Both the position numbers and the translations under genes were made by a program. Under the pieces are notes generated by a model. It was not told the DNA's origin. It worked only from the letters and a program-made list of their open reading frames with translations, and ran no database searches. Positions 1-12,171 of a stretch of DNA of 40,398 nucleotides are shown here, in pieces; the first letter of the stretch is position 1; each line of letters starts with the position of its first letter. The stretch is from Nemertoderma westbladi (lineage: Eukaryota > Animalia > Xenacoelomorpha): the NCBI GenBank assembly GCA_032718475.1, contig JAUCBJ010002114.1, forward strand, positions 1-40,398, read 5' to 3'.

Positions 1-1
1 A

Positions 2-1420
2 CGTTATGGAGTCCCTAGATATTTGTCGGATTAGGGAAGTGGTCGTAGGAAGAGTATCTTGCCTTCCATAGTTTCCGGACAGTTTTCGGTCTCTTTCCAG
101 TAAACATAAACGACTAGCTGGGCGATTGAGTTGTTGTGTTACTTTCTCCGCTCCCTTGGCCTGTCTAATCTCCGCCGTGGTAAGATGAGGAGGCCATTCT
201 TCTTCTTCTTTACTTAAGGAGTCGGATCCACCTAACCAGCCTGGAGTATCTATCAGTTCTTGAGGAGTTGCTCCTCTGGAAGCGATGTCGGCTGGATTAA
301 TCGTCCCAAGGCAATGTCTCCATTGATCTACATTGGAGTTAATATCGTCATTATCTGAGGAGTATGGTGTTCCCTCAGTTGGATCGTCCATATCACTGCT
401 CTCCACTTCCCATTCCTTTACTTGGTATACCTGTTGTTGAGGTAATCTCTCTTTGAGAGTTCTACGGGAAGGGCCAGTGAAGTACCAACCTACTCTAGTT
501 CTTACCGCATAGGTTTGTAGTGGCTGCAGTTGAGCAGGCCGTTTCTCCAATGTCTTGAGCGCCTCATGCGCGTTTTGGCCGATGAGTATTTGCACTCCAG
601 GATAATCTGTCTGGAATCGAGGTATCTTAAGATGTTGGATGCTCTCATCCTCGTCCCAATTATAGAGGTCTGCTTGGGTAGTAGCGAAGTTCTTTATAGC
701 CACCATTTTTACCGACCTTATACCTTGTGCTCCTAATTTATCCTGGGGGGTGGACAACACACCTACATAGTAATCTGCCGTTATGGTAGATTTCCAAACC
801 TGCATAATTCCGGACATATTCAACTTAGTTTGGAATTTGGGTTGTCCAGCAAAGATGTCTTCGGCTAGTTCTTGATCAATGAATGTTCCTGTGCTGCCGG
901 AGTCAAGGAGGGCGTTCACTATGTAACTTTTGGTAGGACCGTGAACTCTTACCTGCACTACAGGAAGTTCTCTGATTCCTACATTGGAAGTTGGAGGTTT
1001 CCAAGATGGTTGTCTGTCAAAGGTAGTTGGGGTGAACTCATTGTCGGTGTCCTTTTCATAAGTAAGTGCTCGATACACCGCGGTATTGATTAGGTAACAG
1101 GATTCGTTGGCGTCGGAGAATTCGTCAGTATAGAATCCTTCCATCTCAGACTCTTGATCAGTGTCATTTACATCACTGAATTGGACATGTAGTTCGGGCT
1201 CACTTACCTGACTCGGGTTGTTTCGTTCGAACTCACTGTGTAACAAGATGTGATGTTTCGCGCCACACTTTGCACACTTTACGTCGGAGTAACAGGTTCG
1301 CCGTTGGTGTCCTGATCTGAGGCAATTATAGCATAACCGCTTATTCCACAGGACTGCACGTCTGTCTACAAGGGATTTCTTTAGAAATTCAGCACACGCA
1401 CTCAAACGGTGGGGCCCGTC
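2..1420 (-). pseudogene. Bel/Pao zinc knuckles + protease fused directly to RNase H C-terminus (no RT); frame open to the window edge
   Basis: Hand translation of 1420..2 found no stop. Protease DSG at ~897-905, GWYFTGP at ~471-490, NPADIASRG at ~273-299; no YxDD motif between them. Confidence 0.85.
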
Positions 1421-4161
1421 TCACAGCGCACATTTTGGTTTGATGTTACTCACTTTACCTTGGGTAACGTTATGCACTCTCGTTCTTTCTTCGGGCTTTC
1501 TTCCGTGAATTCTCTTAGGAGACGTAGGAGGAGTTGTTGTTACCTGTTCTCTCCTGTCACTGGTTTGAGACTTATATTTACTTACGTCTTTATAGGTCTT
1601 GTTGTCATAGTAAGATTTTGCTGTGTCTTTCCCGCTGTCCTCTTCTTGAGAAGCTTGGCTTTCGCCGTCGTCAGTATAACACACTGGTATTATCCTTCTC
1701 CTAGAAACGGGTTTCTCACTTACCTTATTTTCCGATGTTTTCTCTCTGGACTGCTTTATGAGTTGTAATTTTACTTCACTATCTAAGAAGGACATGAGAT
1801 CAGCCATGGTAGGGCTTCGTCGTTGCTGCTCATTCATATACAACACTTTCTTGTCCCAGCATGTACATACTCCACCCTTTGGCAAAGTAGAGACTACGGC
1901 TCCAATAACCATGGAACTCTGATATTCATGAGACTTACCTAACAGTCCAATTGTCTACAGATCTCCTGAATCTCATCGGAAAACTCTATAATCCCGCTAC
2001 TAAGGAAGTTTCGGGGGGCTACTAATTTTGCATACAAATACTTAGCTATGTTATCCTTGTTACCATACCTGATGTTTAATGTATCCCAAACTTGTCTTAA
2101 TCCATCTGGATGTCCAATAAACTTTAACGCCATTAACTTGGGAGGTCCTTCCAAGCACTTGATGAGGAATCTAAGTTTCTCTCCGTTAGATAGTACAGAG
2201 TTCTGTATGCTATCTTTGTAATATTCATTAAAAGGTAACCATTTCATCTCATCTCCATTAAATTTGACGATTTCTCCCACTTTGACCGCTTGGCGGGCTT
2301 CTGTTCTAGCCATCTGACGCGTAAAGCTTTCTTGGGCCATCGTATTATTTAATATCGAATTATCGGTATATAAATTTCTCGGATCATTATCAGGTCTATA
2401 GGGAATATCATTAACAACGGGTTTATAATCACCCTTAATAGGGTTGGCTATAGGAGTTTCTACTTCACTAGCAGTATAGATGCGTGTAGGCTCCACACCT
2501 TGCGCATGTAATACTTCAGACCTAACAGGTTGACACAATGTTACAGGGGGTATTGGTATACCCTTTTGTATATTGACTAATTTGTCGCGTTCTAGCGCGA
2601 TACTTTGCTGCACTTCTTGCAATTCGGCCCTACCTTCCCTTACTGTTCCCTTAAGTTGGTGGACAGTCTCCTGCATCTGTCCGAGCAGGAGATTCATCCC
2701 CCGCCGTCCCTCCTCTACCCACTCGACCGCCAAAGCGGGAGTCGCCAACATTGTAGCGGGCCGACGCGGGACGACGGGAGACAAATCTTTGATTTCTCTC
2801 TCAGCTTCTAGGACAGGGATATTCTCATGGACCGTTCTACCGGGTACAGGCAGTGTAGTACTGTGTAAAGGGAATTTAGAGTTAAGCTCTGGAAGTACAG
2901 GGGTCTCCAGCACAGAAGTGGCTTTGGGAACGACAGGCCTAATTGTTTCAGGCTCATCAACTATAGTAGGGAGTCTTTTGACCTTAATAATTTGGTCTGT
3001 AGGTTCTATACTACTTAAGTCTGTGCTAGCTAGTTGTCTTCTAACCGCTGGGGGCAAATCAGGCAATTTGTGACGGTGAGATGTTTTTCTACGCCTGCTT
3101 AGACGAGATCTATTTCCTCCGCCTTCAGGATCGGTTTCGCTTTCCTCCGATGATGTGTATCCCTGGCGTTTGGGAGTAGATCTTCTCATCATCTGCATTT
3201 GACTAGCAGTTAACTGTTTATTTATGTTGTCCTGCGTCTCTTGCAGATTTTCCAACTCCAGTTGGGCAGTCTCCTCAGACGCTCTCCGTTCTGCTTCTGC
3301 CACTGCCTTTGCCGCCTTTCTTTCTGCTTCTGCTTCTGCCATTGCCGCCTTTCTTTCTGCTTCTGCTTCTGCCATTGCCGCCTTTCTTTCTGCTTCTGCT
3401 TCTGCCATTGCCGCTGCCTCCTTTCTTTCCGCTTCTGCTTCTGCTATTGCCGCTGCTTTTCGGTCCTCTATCCGCCTTTTCTTTACTTCTTCTTCCTGGA
3501 CTCTAGCGAGGCGAAGTTTTTCATCAAATTTAGCTTGGTTTGCAGCTAACATTTCAGCATCGATTGCGTCCAACACAAGCTTGGTTCCTTCACTATTAGG
3601 GCGAAATCCAGACAGTCGTCTCCTCAACTCTTCGTCTCCTATGAATCGCTGATAGTCTGACAGATAGATGTCAATGGCGTCTCTAGTTCGCGGCTTCTCT
3701 GCTGCTGTTAATTCGCTTTCCACTTCGCTTTCCACCTCGCTTTCCACTTGAGAAGAAGTGGCGTCGGTTGATTCTTCATAGGTTGGCCGCTCATCATAAA
3801 CCGTATCCGCCATCTTCGCTCCGCGTTCGGGCGTCCGCTCAACAGTATCCGAACTACTGGAGCTATCGGGCCGCTGAGAACTAGGTTCTTGGCTAGGAGG
3901 TTGCTGCTGTTTTATAGCTTCTTCTTGATCCCGCTTGACTTGGGCCCGAGTACCTATGGCAGACCAACGGCGCTTCACTAACTTCGCAAATTGCGAAATC
4001 TTTTCTACCAACCTAGGTTCTGACACAACCACTGCAGGGGTTGCCCTTCTTACAGTATGAGGGGTTTCAGACCTCGGTCTGGGATTCTCTACACTTTGAT
4101 CTGAGAAACAGGCTGTTGTTTCTAGGAGACTATCTGACAGAGTTTGCCTTGTGTCAGCCAT
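1421..4161 (-). pseudogene. Bel/Pao gag with long N-terminal coiled-coil/low-complexity extension; one frameshift (~1945) and one nonsense codon (1421-1423)
   Basis: ORF 4161..1939 stops at RQLDC*. Adding one base restores QLxLLGKSHEYQSSMVIGAVVSTLPK and joins ORF 1912..1421. That ORF ends in TGA at the position of the second Cys of the first zinc knuckle. Confidence 0.85.
3290..3460. repeat. 33-bp coding tandem repeat in gag (AEAEAERKAAM-like units, about 4-5 copies)
   Basis: GCCGCCTTTCTTTCTGCTTCTGCTTCTGCCATT at ~3311, 3344 and 3377, with degenerate copies either side. Confidence 0.9.
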
Positions 4162-4299
4162 GTTTGATTGTACAGTTGAATGCCTACTGCTATAAATACA
4201 GTTAAAGCAAGTCTAGTAATTCAGTATCACTGTTAGCCTAATAATTAATTACCGATACTGCTACTCAGTGTAGCGTGATATATATATAATATATTAGAA

Positions 4300-4680
4300 T
4301 ACCGGTATGCTTATAGTATATATATAAGTATTATTACAGACTAGATTTGTCACAGAGTACCGGTATATAATTTTAGAACAAATATATATAAATATATAAT
4401 AGGCCTATCGTGAATACCGGTATACAGCTGACACTTATAGTATATATAAGTATAATTATTACAGACTAGAATTAATTACAGAGTACCGGTATATAATTTT
4501 AGAACAAATATATATAAATATATAATAGGCCTATCGTGAATACCGGTATACAGCTGACACTTATAGTATATATAAGTATAATTATTACAGACTAGAATTA
4601 ATTACAGAATACCGGTATGATTTCAGCCTAAATTTATAGAGTAAATATAATAAGCCTATTGTAAATACCGGTATGTCAAT
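4300..4680. repeat. ~125-bp tandem repeat (about 3 copies) upstream of gag
   Basis: CTTATAGTATATAT...TACAGACTAGA...TACCGGTAT units start at 4310, 4434 and 4560. Confidence 0.88.
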
Positions 4681-5714
4681 TATTTTAAAATAATTAATAT
4701 ATAAAATTTATAAAAAAAAATTAATATAAAATAATAAATAAAGTTTATTTTAATTAATAAAAAATAAAACAATTTCTGAATGTTAGGGGTTACTTGGTTA
4801 CTTTACTTACTTTATTACCGTTATTTAAGCAGTAGTCCAACTGATATTGAGACCTAATTGTTGTATGGCAGGCCTACTATTTATAAATCGTTTGAGTTGA
4901 TTTATAATATATATATACCCGTTTAAAATGGGTTTTGTCAATAATTGAAATAAATGTTATTATTTCTGGGGGAGTCACTACACAGAAGCTGTGCGCTCTC
5001 AGTGAAGTGCTACTTATTTGACACTAAAACAGATAATTCTAATTTACCTAAGTTACTTAATACTACAAATTACTTACGATATGGGTGAGATTAATTCTCT
5101 AATTAAACACAACAAAATATTACGTACGAATTTTTTAGGGTAATTTTACAGGAAGTCTACAAACCAGTCTAACAAAGGGTTAGATTTCTGGTTATTACGA
5201 CGGACAGGGTACTACGGTATTTGAAATAATAAGTAGTAGTAAATATATTGCACTGTCCAGATAGGAAAATACCACTGCCTGACGACCTATAGCCGTATCG
5301 CTATAGGTACTACGTTATGTATCACGGAGTGTTCCTACCTAGAAGTTAATTACCGCGGACTACCAGATCCAACGTGCCTATTAACCACTTTACAACACAA
5401 ATATACTGCCTACACACTAATTACCTTCGGAAAGCACTGTACACTAAACCCTAAATTAGGTACAAATACTGGTACAACAAATAATCAGTAGTTAAATATA
5501 CTTGAACAGTTAAAAGAACCACGGCATCTGCTGGAGTGACCGGTGCACAAAATCACCAGTCTTTACCTACGCCAAGCAGCCCGTGTAGTACCGGGGTTAA
5601 TTTAACTATAACGGTATGTGTAACAAACACAATTACTGTAGGAATAAACTTGGGGACATGAATGTTACGAATAATCGCATAAACTCTGAATAATAAATAT
5701 TACGCTACCCGTAC

Positions 5715-6270
5715 AGAATACTCAAACAAAATACAAACCAAACGCTGGCAGACTACCATCAAGCCTAAATAAACTACAGTATGTGCAGATTCCGAAATGG
5801 TTAGTTAGTATGCGTTCTAACATGGTAGCACGACTTATTCTTTAAGAGGGGATTGACCTTACAGCTATGGCTGCCCCAACTTACTAACTGGCACTTTATC
5901 AGACAAACTCTACACACGCAGCAATCTCTTCAGACCTAATAATAGCTAGACAACAATCCAGCCTACAAAATATCTGAGTAATAACTATTACGGTACCTGA
6001 ACAGACCACACAAACAAACACAGGCCAAAACGCTGGCAGAATACTGTCAAGCCTAAATAAACTACAGTATGTGCAGATTCCAAAATGGTTAGTTAGTATG
6101 CGTTCTAACACGGTAGTACGACTTATTCTTTAAGAGGGGATTGACCTTACAGCTATGGCTGCCCCAACTTACTAACTGGCACTTTATTGGACAAACTCCA
6201 CACACGCCGCAATCTCTCCAGACTCAACAACAGTCAGACAACAGTCCGGCCTACAGTTATCTGAGCAATC
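5715..6270. repeat. ~288-bp tandem duplication (2 diverged copies)
   Basis: AACGCTGGCAGA...AAGCCTAAATAAACTACAGTATGTGCAGATTCC...GATTGACCTTACAGCTATGGCTGCCCCAACTTACTAACTGGCAC at 5741 and 6029. Confidence 0.9.
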
Positions 6271-7777
6271 TGAGCAGACTTACACGTCTTCAGCTCAATA
6301 TTAACTTACTAGGAAATAAAACTGACAGAAATAAGTAAACTATACAAAAGAATGAGGGGTGATCAATCCCTATTCCCCTGGCAGCCTACAATATACAATA
6401 GATCACAATCGAAATAATACTAATATACTTGTACTGGAAGTACCGGTTAGGACAGTTGGACCTACAGACCTACAGCAGTACCGGTTCAGGCAGTTAGGCC
6501 TACTGACCTACAGCAGTACCGGTTCAGGTTTACCGGTCGACCGGTACTTTCAACTTTATTGCTTACTGCAATAAAGACAATAACTGTTATTGTACGCGCT
6601 TTTAAGACCTTTAGCAGTTTAACCTGCCAAAATTTATATGTCTTTTGGTTTATAAATAGACTTTAGAAAATGACAAGTATTTAATACCAATAAACACAAC
6701 ATTAGCCGAAGCCAGCCTAGTGCGCGTCCATTCACCCGCTGGATATACCCGGGAGACTGGATTCGGAGGGGCTTAGATTGTTATTGCAGTGTAAGCTTAC
6801 TGTATTATTCGATTGATCGTTAATAAATAATTTCTATTAACATATATATATAACATTCTATATAATATTAACAGTTCCTTTAGGACGTGGCGCTCTATCT
6901 AGGTAAACAGAGATATGACTTATACTAAACACAACGGTAAGTCGGTAAGGCTTATGATTCACGTATGAGGCGCATTCTTTAGGAAATGCTTAGTTATCAG
7001 TCACAATCATGCACACTACCGGTAACACACAATACTGCTCACTAATTTGCCGACCGTCAATGAATTTTGTCATATATAAAGAGAACAGCAACTGACTCAT
7101 GTAGTGCTTATCAAATAGCATTAAATTCACTACAAACCACAATAATATAAGTCGCAATCGCTATATGTAACCTGTCTCTCTAACCTGTAGTGTATCAAGA
7201 AAATTGGGAAATTTGGGTTCTTTATAAATGTTCTCCAAATAATATTCAACCAACTGATACAAAATATGACAACAGTAAAAAGCATTAAGACGGTAGGTTA
7301 AGATATGATATGACAAGTGATTGTTATGAGTTGTGTTGATAACAGTTATACGCTCTATAATCTAAAGCCTACTAATGTTTCTTCTAAAGTCTGAAACGAA
7401 TTGACTCTAGAGCCGGTGTTCCTGGCCTAGATAGAAACAACACAACAGTATCAAGAAAAACAGTAAGACTGAACACCCCTAGCATGATCTGCCAAATATC
7501 TCCACATCGACAGAAAAAATCGCTCTGATTGGCTGTTAAGCTAAACAAAGAACCATGTGTCCAATGGCCGTTTCCATGTCAGCAACCAGCTGTTAGATGT
7601 CGTAATCTGAATCATCAAGGCTAAGCTGTGCCAGGGTATTTGACGCATTGCGGGTTTTTTACCTTACCATGTCCGCCAAAGCACACATATAGAAGAATGA
7701 CTTTTATGTCCGTTAAAACACCTATAACGGTACCTTGCGGGCGAGGGGGACTGATTATATCCGCAAAAGCTTTTACA

Positions 7778-10539
7778 AGTATACATTGGAGTAGTCCAGT
7801 ATACATTTGAGTATTCCAGTATACATTGGAGTATTCCAGTATACATTTGAGTATTCCAGTATACATTTGAGTAGTCCAGTATACATTTGAGTATTCCAGT
7901 ATACATTTGAGTATTCCAGTATACATTTGAGTATTCCAGTATACATTGGAGTATTCCAGTATACATTGGAGTATTCTAGTATACATTGGAGTCTTCCAGT
8001 ATACATTGGAGTATTCCAGTATACATTTGAGTATTCCAGTATACATTTGAGTATTCCAGTATACATTGGAGTATTCCAGTATACATTGGAGTATTCCAGT
8101 ATACATTGGAGTATTCCAGTATACATTTGAGTATTCCAGTATACATTGGAGTATTCCAGTATACATTGGAGTATTCCAGTATACATTGGAGTATTCCAGT
8201 ATACATTGGAGTCTTCCAGTATACATTGGAGTATTCCAGTATACATTTGAGTATTCCAGTATACATTTGAGTATTCCAGTATACATTGGAGTATTCCAGT
8301 ATACATTGGAGTATTCTAGTATACATTGGAGTCTTCCAGTATACATTGGAGTATTCCAGTATACATTTGAGTATTCCAGTATACATTTGAGTATTCCAGT
8401 ATACATTGGAGTATTCCAGTATACATTGGAGTATTCCAGTATACATTGGAGTATCCCAGTATACATTGGTGTATTCCTGTATACATTGGAGTATTCCAGC
8501 ATACATTGGAGTATTCCAGTATACATTTGAGTATTCCAGTATACATTGGAGTATTCCAGCATACATTGGAGTATTCCAGTATACATTTGAGTATTCCAGT
8601 ATACATTGGAGTATTCCAGTATTGATTGGAGTATTCCAGTATACATTTGAGTATTCCAGTATACATTTGAGTATTCCAGTATACATTGGAGTATTCCAGT
8701 ATACATTGGAGTATTCCAGTATACATTGGAGTATTCCAGTATACATTTGAGTATTCCAGTATACATTGGAGTATTCCAGTATACATTGGAGTATTCCAGT
8801 ATACATTGGAGTATTCCAGTATACATTGGAGTCTTCCAGTATACATTGGAGTATTCCAGTATACATTTGAGTATTCCAGTATACATTTGAGTATTCCAGT
8901 ATACATTGGAGTATTCCAGTATACATTGGAGTATTCCAGTATACATTGGAGTATTCCAGTATACATTGGAGTATTCCAGTATACATTGGAGTATTCCAGT
9001 ATACATTGGAGTATTCCAGTATACATTGGAGTAGTTCAGTATACATTGGAGTATTCCAGTATACATTGGAGTATTCCAGTATACATTGGAGTATTCCAGT
9101 ATACATTGGAGTATTCCAGTATACATTGGAGTATTCCAGTATACATTGGAGTATTCCAGTATACATTGGAGTATTCCAGTATACATTGGAGTATTCCAGT
9201 ATACATTTGAGTATTCCAGTATACATTTGAGTATTCCAGTATACATTGGAGTAGTTCAGTATACATTGGAGTATTCCAGTATACATTGGAGTATTCCAGT
9301 ATACATTGGAGTATTCCAGTATACATTGGAGTATTCCAGTATACATTGGAGTAGTTCAGTATACATTGGAGTATTCCAGTATACATTGGAGTATTCCAGT
9401 ATACATTGGAGTATTCCAGTATACATTGGAGTATTCCAGTATACATTGGAGTATTCCAGTATACATTGGAGTATTCCAGTATACATTTGAGTATTCCAGT
9501 ATACATTGGAGTAGTTCAGTATACATTGGAGTATTCCAGTATACATTGGAGTATTCCAGTATACATTGGAGTATTCCAGTATACATTGGAGTATTCCAGT
9601 ATACATTTGAGTATTCCAGTATACATTGGAGTATTCCAGTATACATTGGAGTATTCCAGTATACATTGGAGTATTCCAGTATACATTGGAGTCTTCCAGT
9701 ATACATTGGAGTATTCCAGTATACATTTGAGTATTCCAGTATACATTTGAGTATTCCAGTATACATTGGAGTATTCCAGTATACATTGGAGTATTCCAGT
9801 ATACATTGGAGTATTCCAGTATACATTTGAGTATTCCAGTATACATTGGAGTATTCCAGTATACATTGGAGTATTCCAGCATACATTGGAGTATTCCAGT
9901 ATACATTTGAGTATTCCAGTATACATTGGAGTATTCCAGTATACATTTGAGTATTCCAGTATACATTGGAGTATTCCAGCATACATTGGAGTATTCCAGT
10001 ATACATTTGAGTATTCCAGTATACATTGGAGTATTCCAGTATTGATTGGAGTATTCCAGTATACATTTGAGTATTCCAGTATACATTTGAGTATTCCAGT
10101 ATACATTGGAGTATTCCAGTATACATTTGAGTATTCCAGTATACATTGGAGTATTCCAGTATACATTGGAGTATTCCAGTATACATTGGAGTATTCCAGT
10201 ATACATTGGAGTATTCCAGTATACATTGGAGTATTCCAGTATACATTGGAGTCTTCCAGTATACATTGGAGTATTCCAGTATACATTTGAGTATTCCAGT
10301 ATACATTTGAGTATTCCAGTATACATTGGAGTATTCCAGTATACATTGGAGTATTCCAGTATACATTGGAGTATTCCAGTATACATTGGAGTATTCCAGT
10401 ATACATTGGAGTATTCCAGTATACATTGGAGTATTCCAGTATACATTGGAGTATTCCAGTATACATTGGAGTATTCCAGTATACATTGGAGTATTCCAGT
10501 ATACATTGGAGTATTCCAGTATACATTGTAGTATTCCAG
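7778..10539. repeat. 20-bp satellite (ATACATTGGAGTATTCCAGT)n, about 138 copies
   Basis: Directly visible; stays in 20-bp phase throughout, with recurrent substitution variants (ATACATTTGA, GTCTTCC, GTAGTTC, ATTGATTGG). Confidence 0.99.
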
Positions 10540-11397
10540 ACTGTTACGTACATATCTTGAATTTACGCCTGGAAATGGTTAATGCGCGGAACTCTGTTTG
10601 AACATGATAGTGCACTGTTTGATAGTTTGATTGATAGTAGATATTAGATAGCTTTGTTGATGAAAGGAGATGACGGGGGTGGGGGTGGGGTATTAACTTG
10701 ACACACAAAGCCATCTTGGCGTTTTAATCGCCTCAATGTTAAATTATCAATTAAGGGAAAGAGCAGGTTATAGAGGCACGTTATTCTGACAAAAACAATA
10801 GAACAGATTAGTTATAATTTTGTGATTAATATAATCTGTTATCTCCGATTTTCCGTTGGAGGGGGGTGGATTTTGTTTGCATCAACCCCCCCCCCCCCCC
10901 CCCCCCCCCATCCACACCCCCCTCTCCCCTCAATCAGGTGGAGATTGGTAGATATTGATTTGGTGTAATCTTCACTCGTGTCCAAAGTTCTAACACTCTT
11001 CAATATCTTTACAAATATATGTCATTGACATCGGCTCTGTGGAGGCCTACCAGAAAGCGACCTATTAAACGATGGTGCATTATTATAAGATCATTGACTC
11101 GAACCTTGGCCAATAAACACACTCTATTTGCGATGTAAATTATAGTTCAAATACTGTGAGAGAAAATATAATGTTATCTCTTATGGTATCATATAATTAG
11201 ATTCAGAAAGACGCGCACAGAAAATTTTCGATATAACGGCATTACAGTAGTTAAATAACTAGTTGGGATTTAATAAATCGTAGCCCTTAGAAGTAAAACA
11301 AAATTTTAACTTGCATGAAATTATCTATCTCTTCATGGGTCGCCGTTTTTTAAAATCCTTGGCATACAGTAGTATAGTTGTTACCACGACCTACTAT

Positions 11398-11497
11398 CAG
11401 ATAGGGGGGGAAACTGGACGCAATAAAAATTCATCCCTCTCCAGGGGAAATCCTCCAGTTTCCCCACCCCAGACACCCCCCCCCCCCCCCGTCTCCC
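11398..11497. mobile_element. Short, internally deleted MITE copy (same family as 14017-14283)
   Basis: Shares ACTGGACGCAATAAAAAT(T/A)CATCCCTCTCCAGGGGAAAT with the 14.0-kb copy, followed by an inverted CCAGTTTCCCC. Confidence 0.7.
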
Positions 11498-12171
11498 TAC
11501 TATAGATACTACCTGCCAAGCTGCAGCTGCAAAGCCCCTAAATTTAGTGGGCCAGGTATTTCTCTCAGATAGAACCCCTGAAACAATATTCTAGCGCGTC
11601 GAAAGTACCTGGCCCTAACCAAAGTTCTGTCCTCTTTCAGATGGGGAAAATAAAAATGTAATAGCTCCTGTAGTTTTCAAGATATTGGGAATTCCTGGCA
11701 CCCATACCATAGGAATTTATAAATATTACTCAAAATACATCACCCTTCAAAGACTTTGGTATAACCGTACTGCATACAGTTTTGTTTTGTTGAATTCATT
11801 ATTAGTAATCGAAGGTGAGATTAGAAGTCAAATTTTCATTTTAAATTTTTTATAGACACAAAAAGAGCACCAAAAGTGCTAGATCTCGATAATGGGTCAT
11901 GTTGTTACTTCTTGATCAATGCAAGAGATAAGAAGGGGCGATATAGAACGTAGGACTAGTGCATTTTGAAAGTTGCATATTGACAGTTTATGTGTGAATG
12001 TCCCCATAGGCTACAAATGTGTTATATATCTTTAGTTGAAAGCCCCTGTGTGAGCCCTGTGCGTATTGTTGTTATTATATTGTTATGTGAGTACTGTTAT
12101 TATATACTACATTACAATTCACGGCTATTGTTCATAGATTTAACGATTTGTAATAAGAATTGAACATTAAA

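Larger units (their letters stand above)
1..4161 (-). mobile_element. Bel/Pao LTR retrotransposon, gag-pol 5' part (runs off the left edge; leader probably extends right to at least ~6300; LTR not delimited)
   Basis: Minus-strand translation gives, in order: a DUF1759-type gag (KFNGDEMKWLPF...LSNGEKLRFLIKCLEG...LNIRYG), triple zinc knuckle (CAL*DGPHRLSAC...CYNCLRSGHQRRTC...CAKCGAKHHILLH), aspartic protease (ALLDSGS; ILIGQN...YAVRTRVGWYFTGP) and the Pao RNase H tail (QWRHCLGTINPADIASRG...WP). This motif order is typical of Bel/Pao. Confidence 0.92.

Noticed and set aside
1930-1950. Programmed frameshift or splicing at the gag break (TAG|GTAAGT), or readthrough of the TGA at 1421
   Set aside because: No slippery heptamer, and both lesions fall inside conserved domains, so simple mutation is more parsimonious. 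Splicing at that donor would keep the stop.
6300-7630. Candidate 5' LTR and primer-binding site of the Bel/Pao element
   Set aside because: No recognisable tRNA-complementary PBS, and the second LTR is outside the window, so boundaries cannot be supported.
7632-10596. hAT-like ends (CAGGGT.../...ACTCTG) enclosing the 20-bp satellite
   Set aside because: The inverted match is weak and the 8-bp flanks (AGCTGTGC vs TTTGAACA) do not form a TSD.
7621-10601. Many long ORFs on both strands (MYTGILQCILEYSNVYWNTP...)
   Set aside because: Translations of a stop-free 20-bp satellite; they appear in all frames.
10885-10930. Poly-C/poly-G tracts (also ~11476, 14030, 35062, 36706) as functional G-quadruplexes
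   Set aside because: Simple homopolymer runs, several within MITE ends, with unreliable lengths and no further support.
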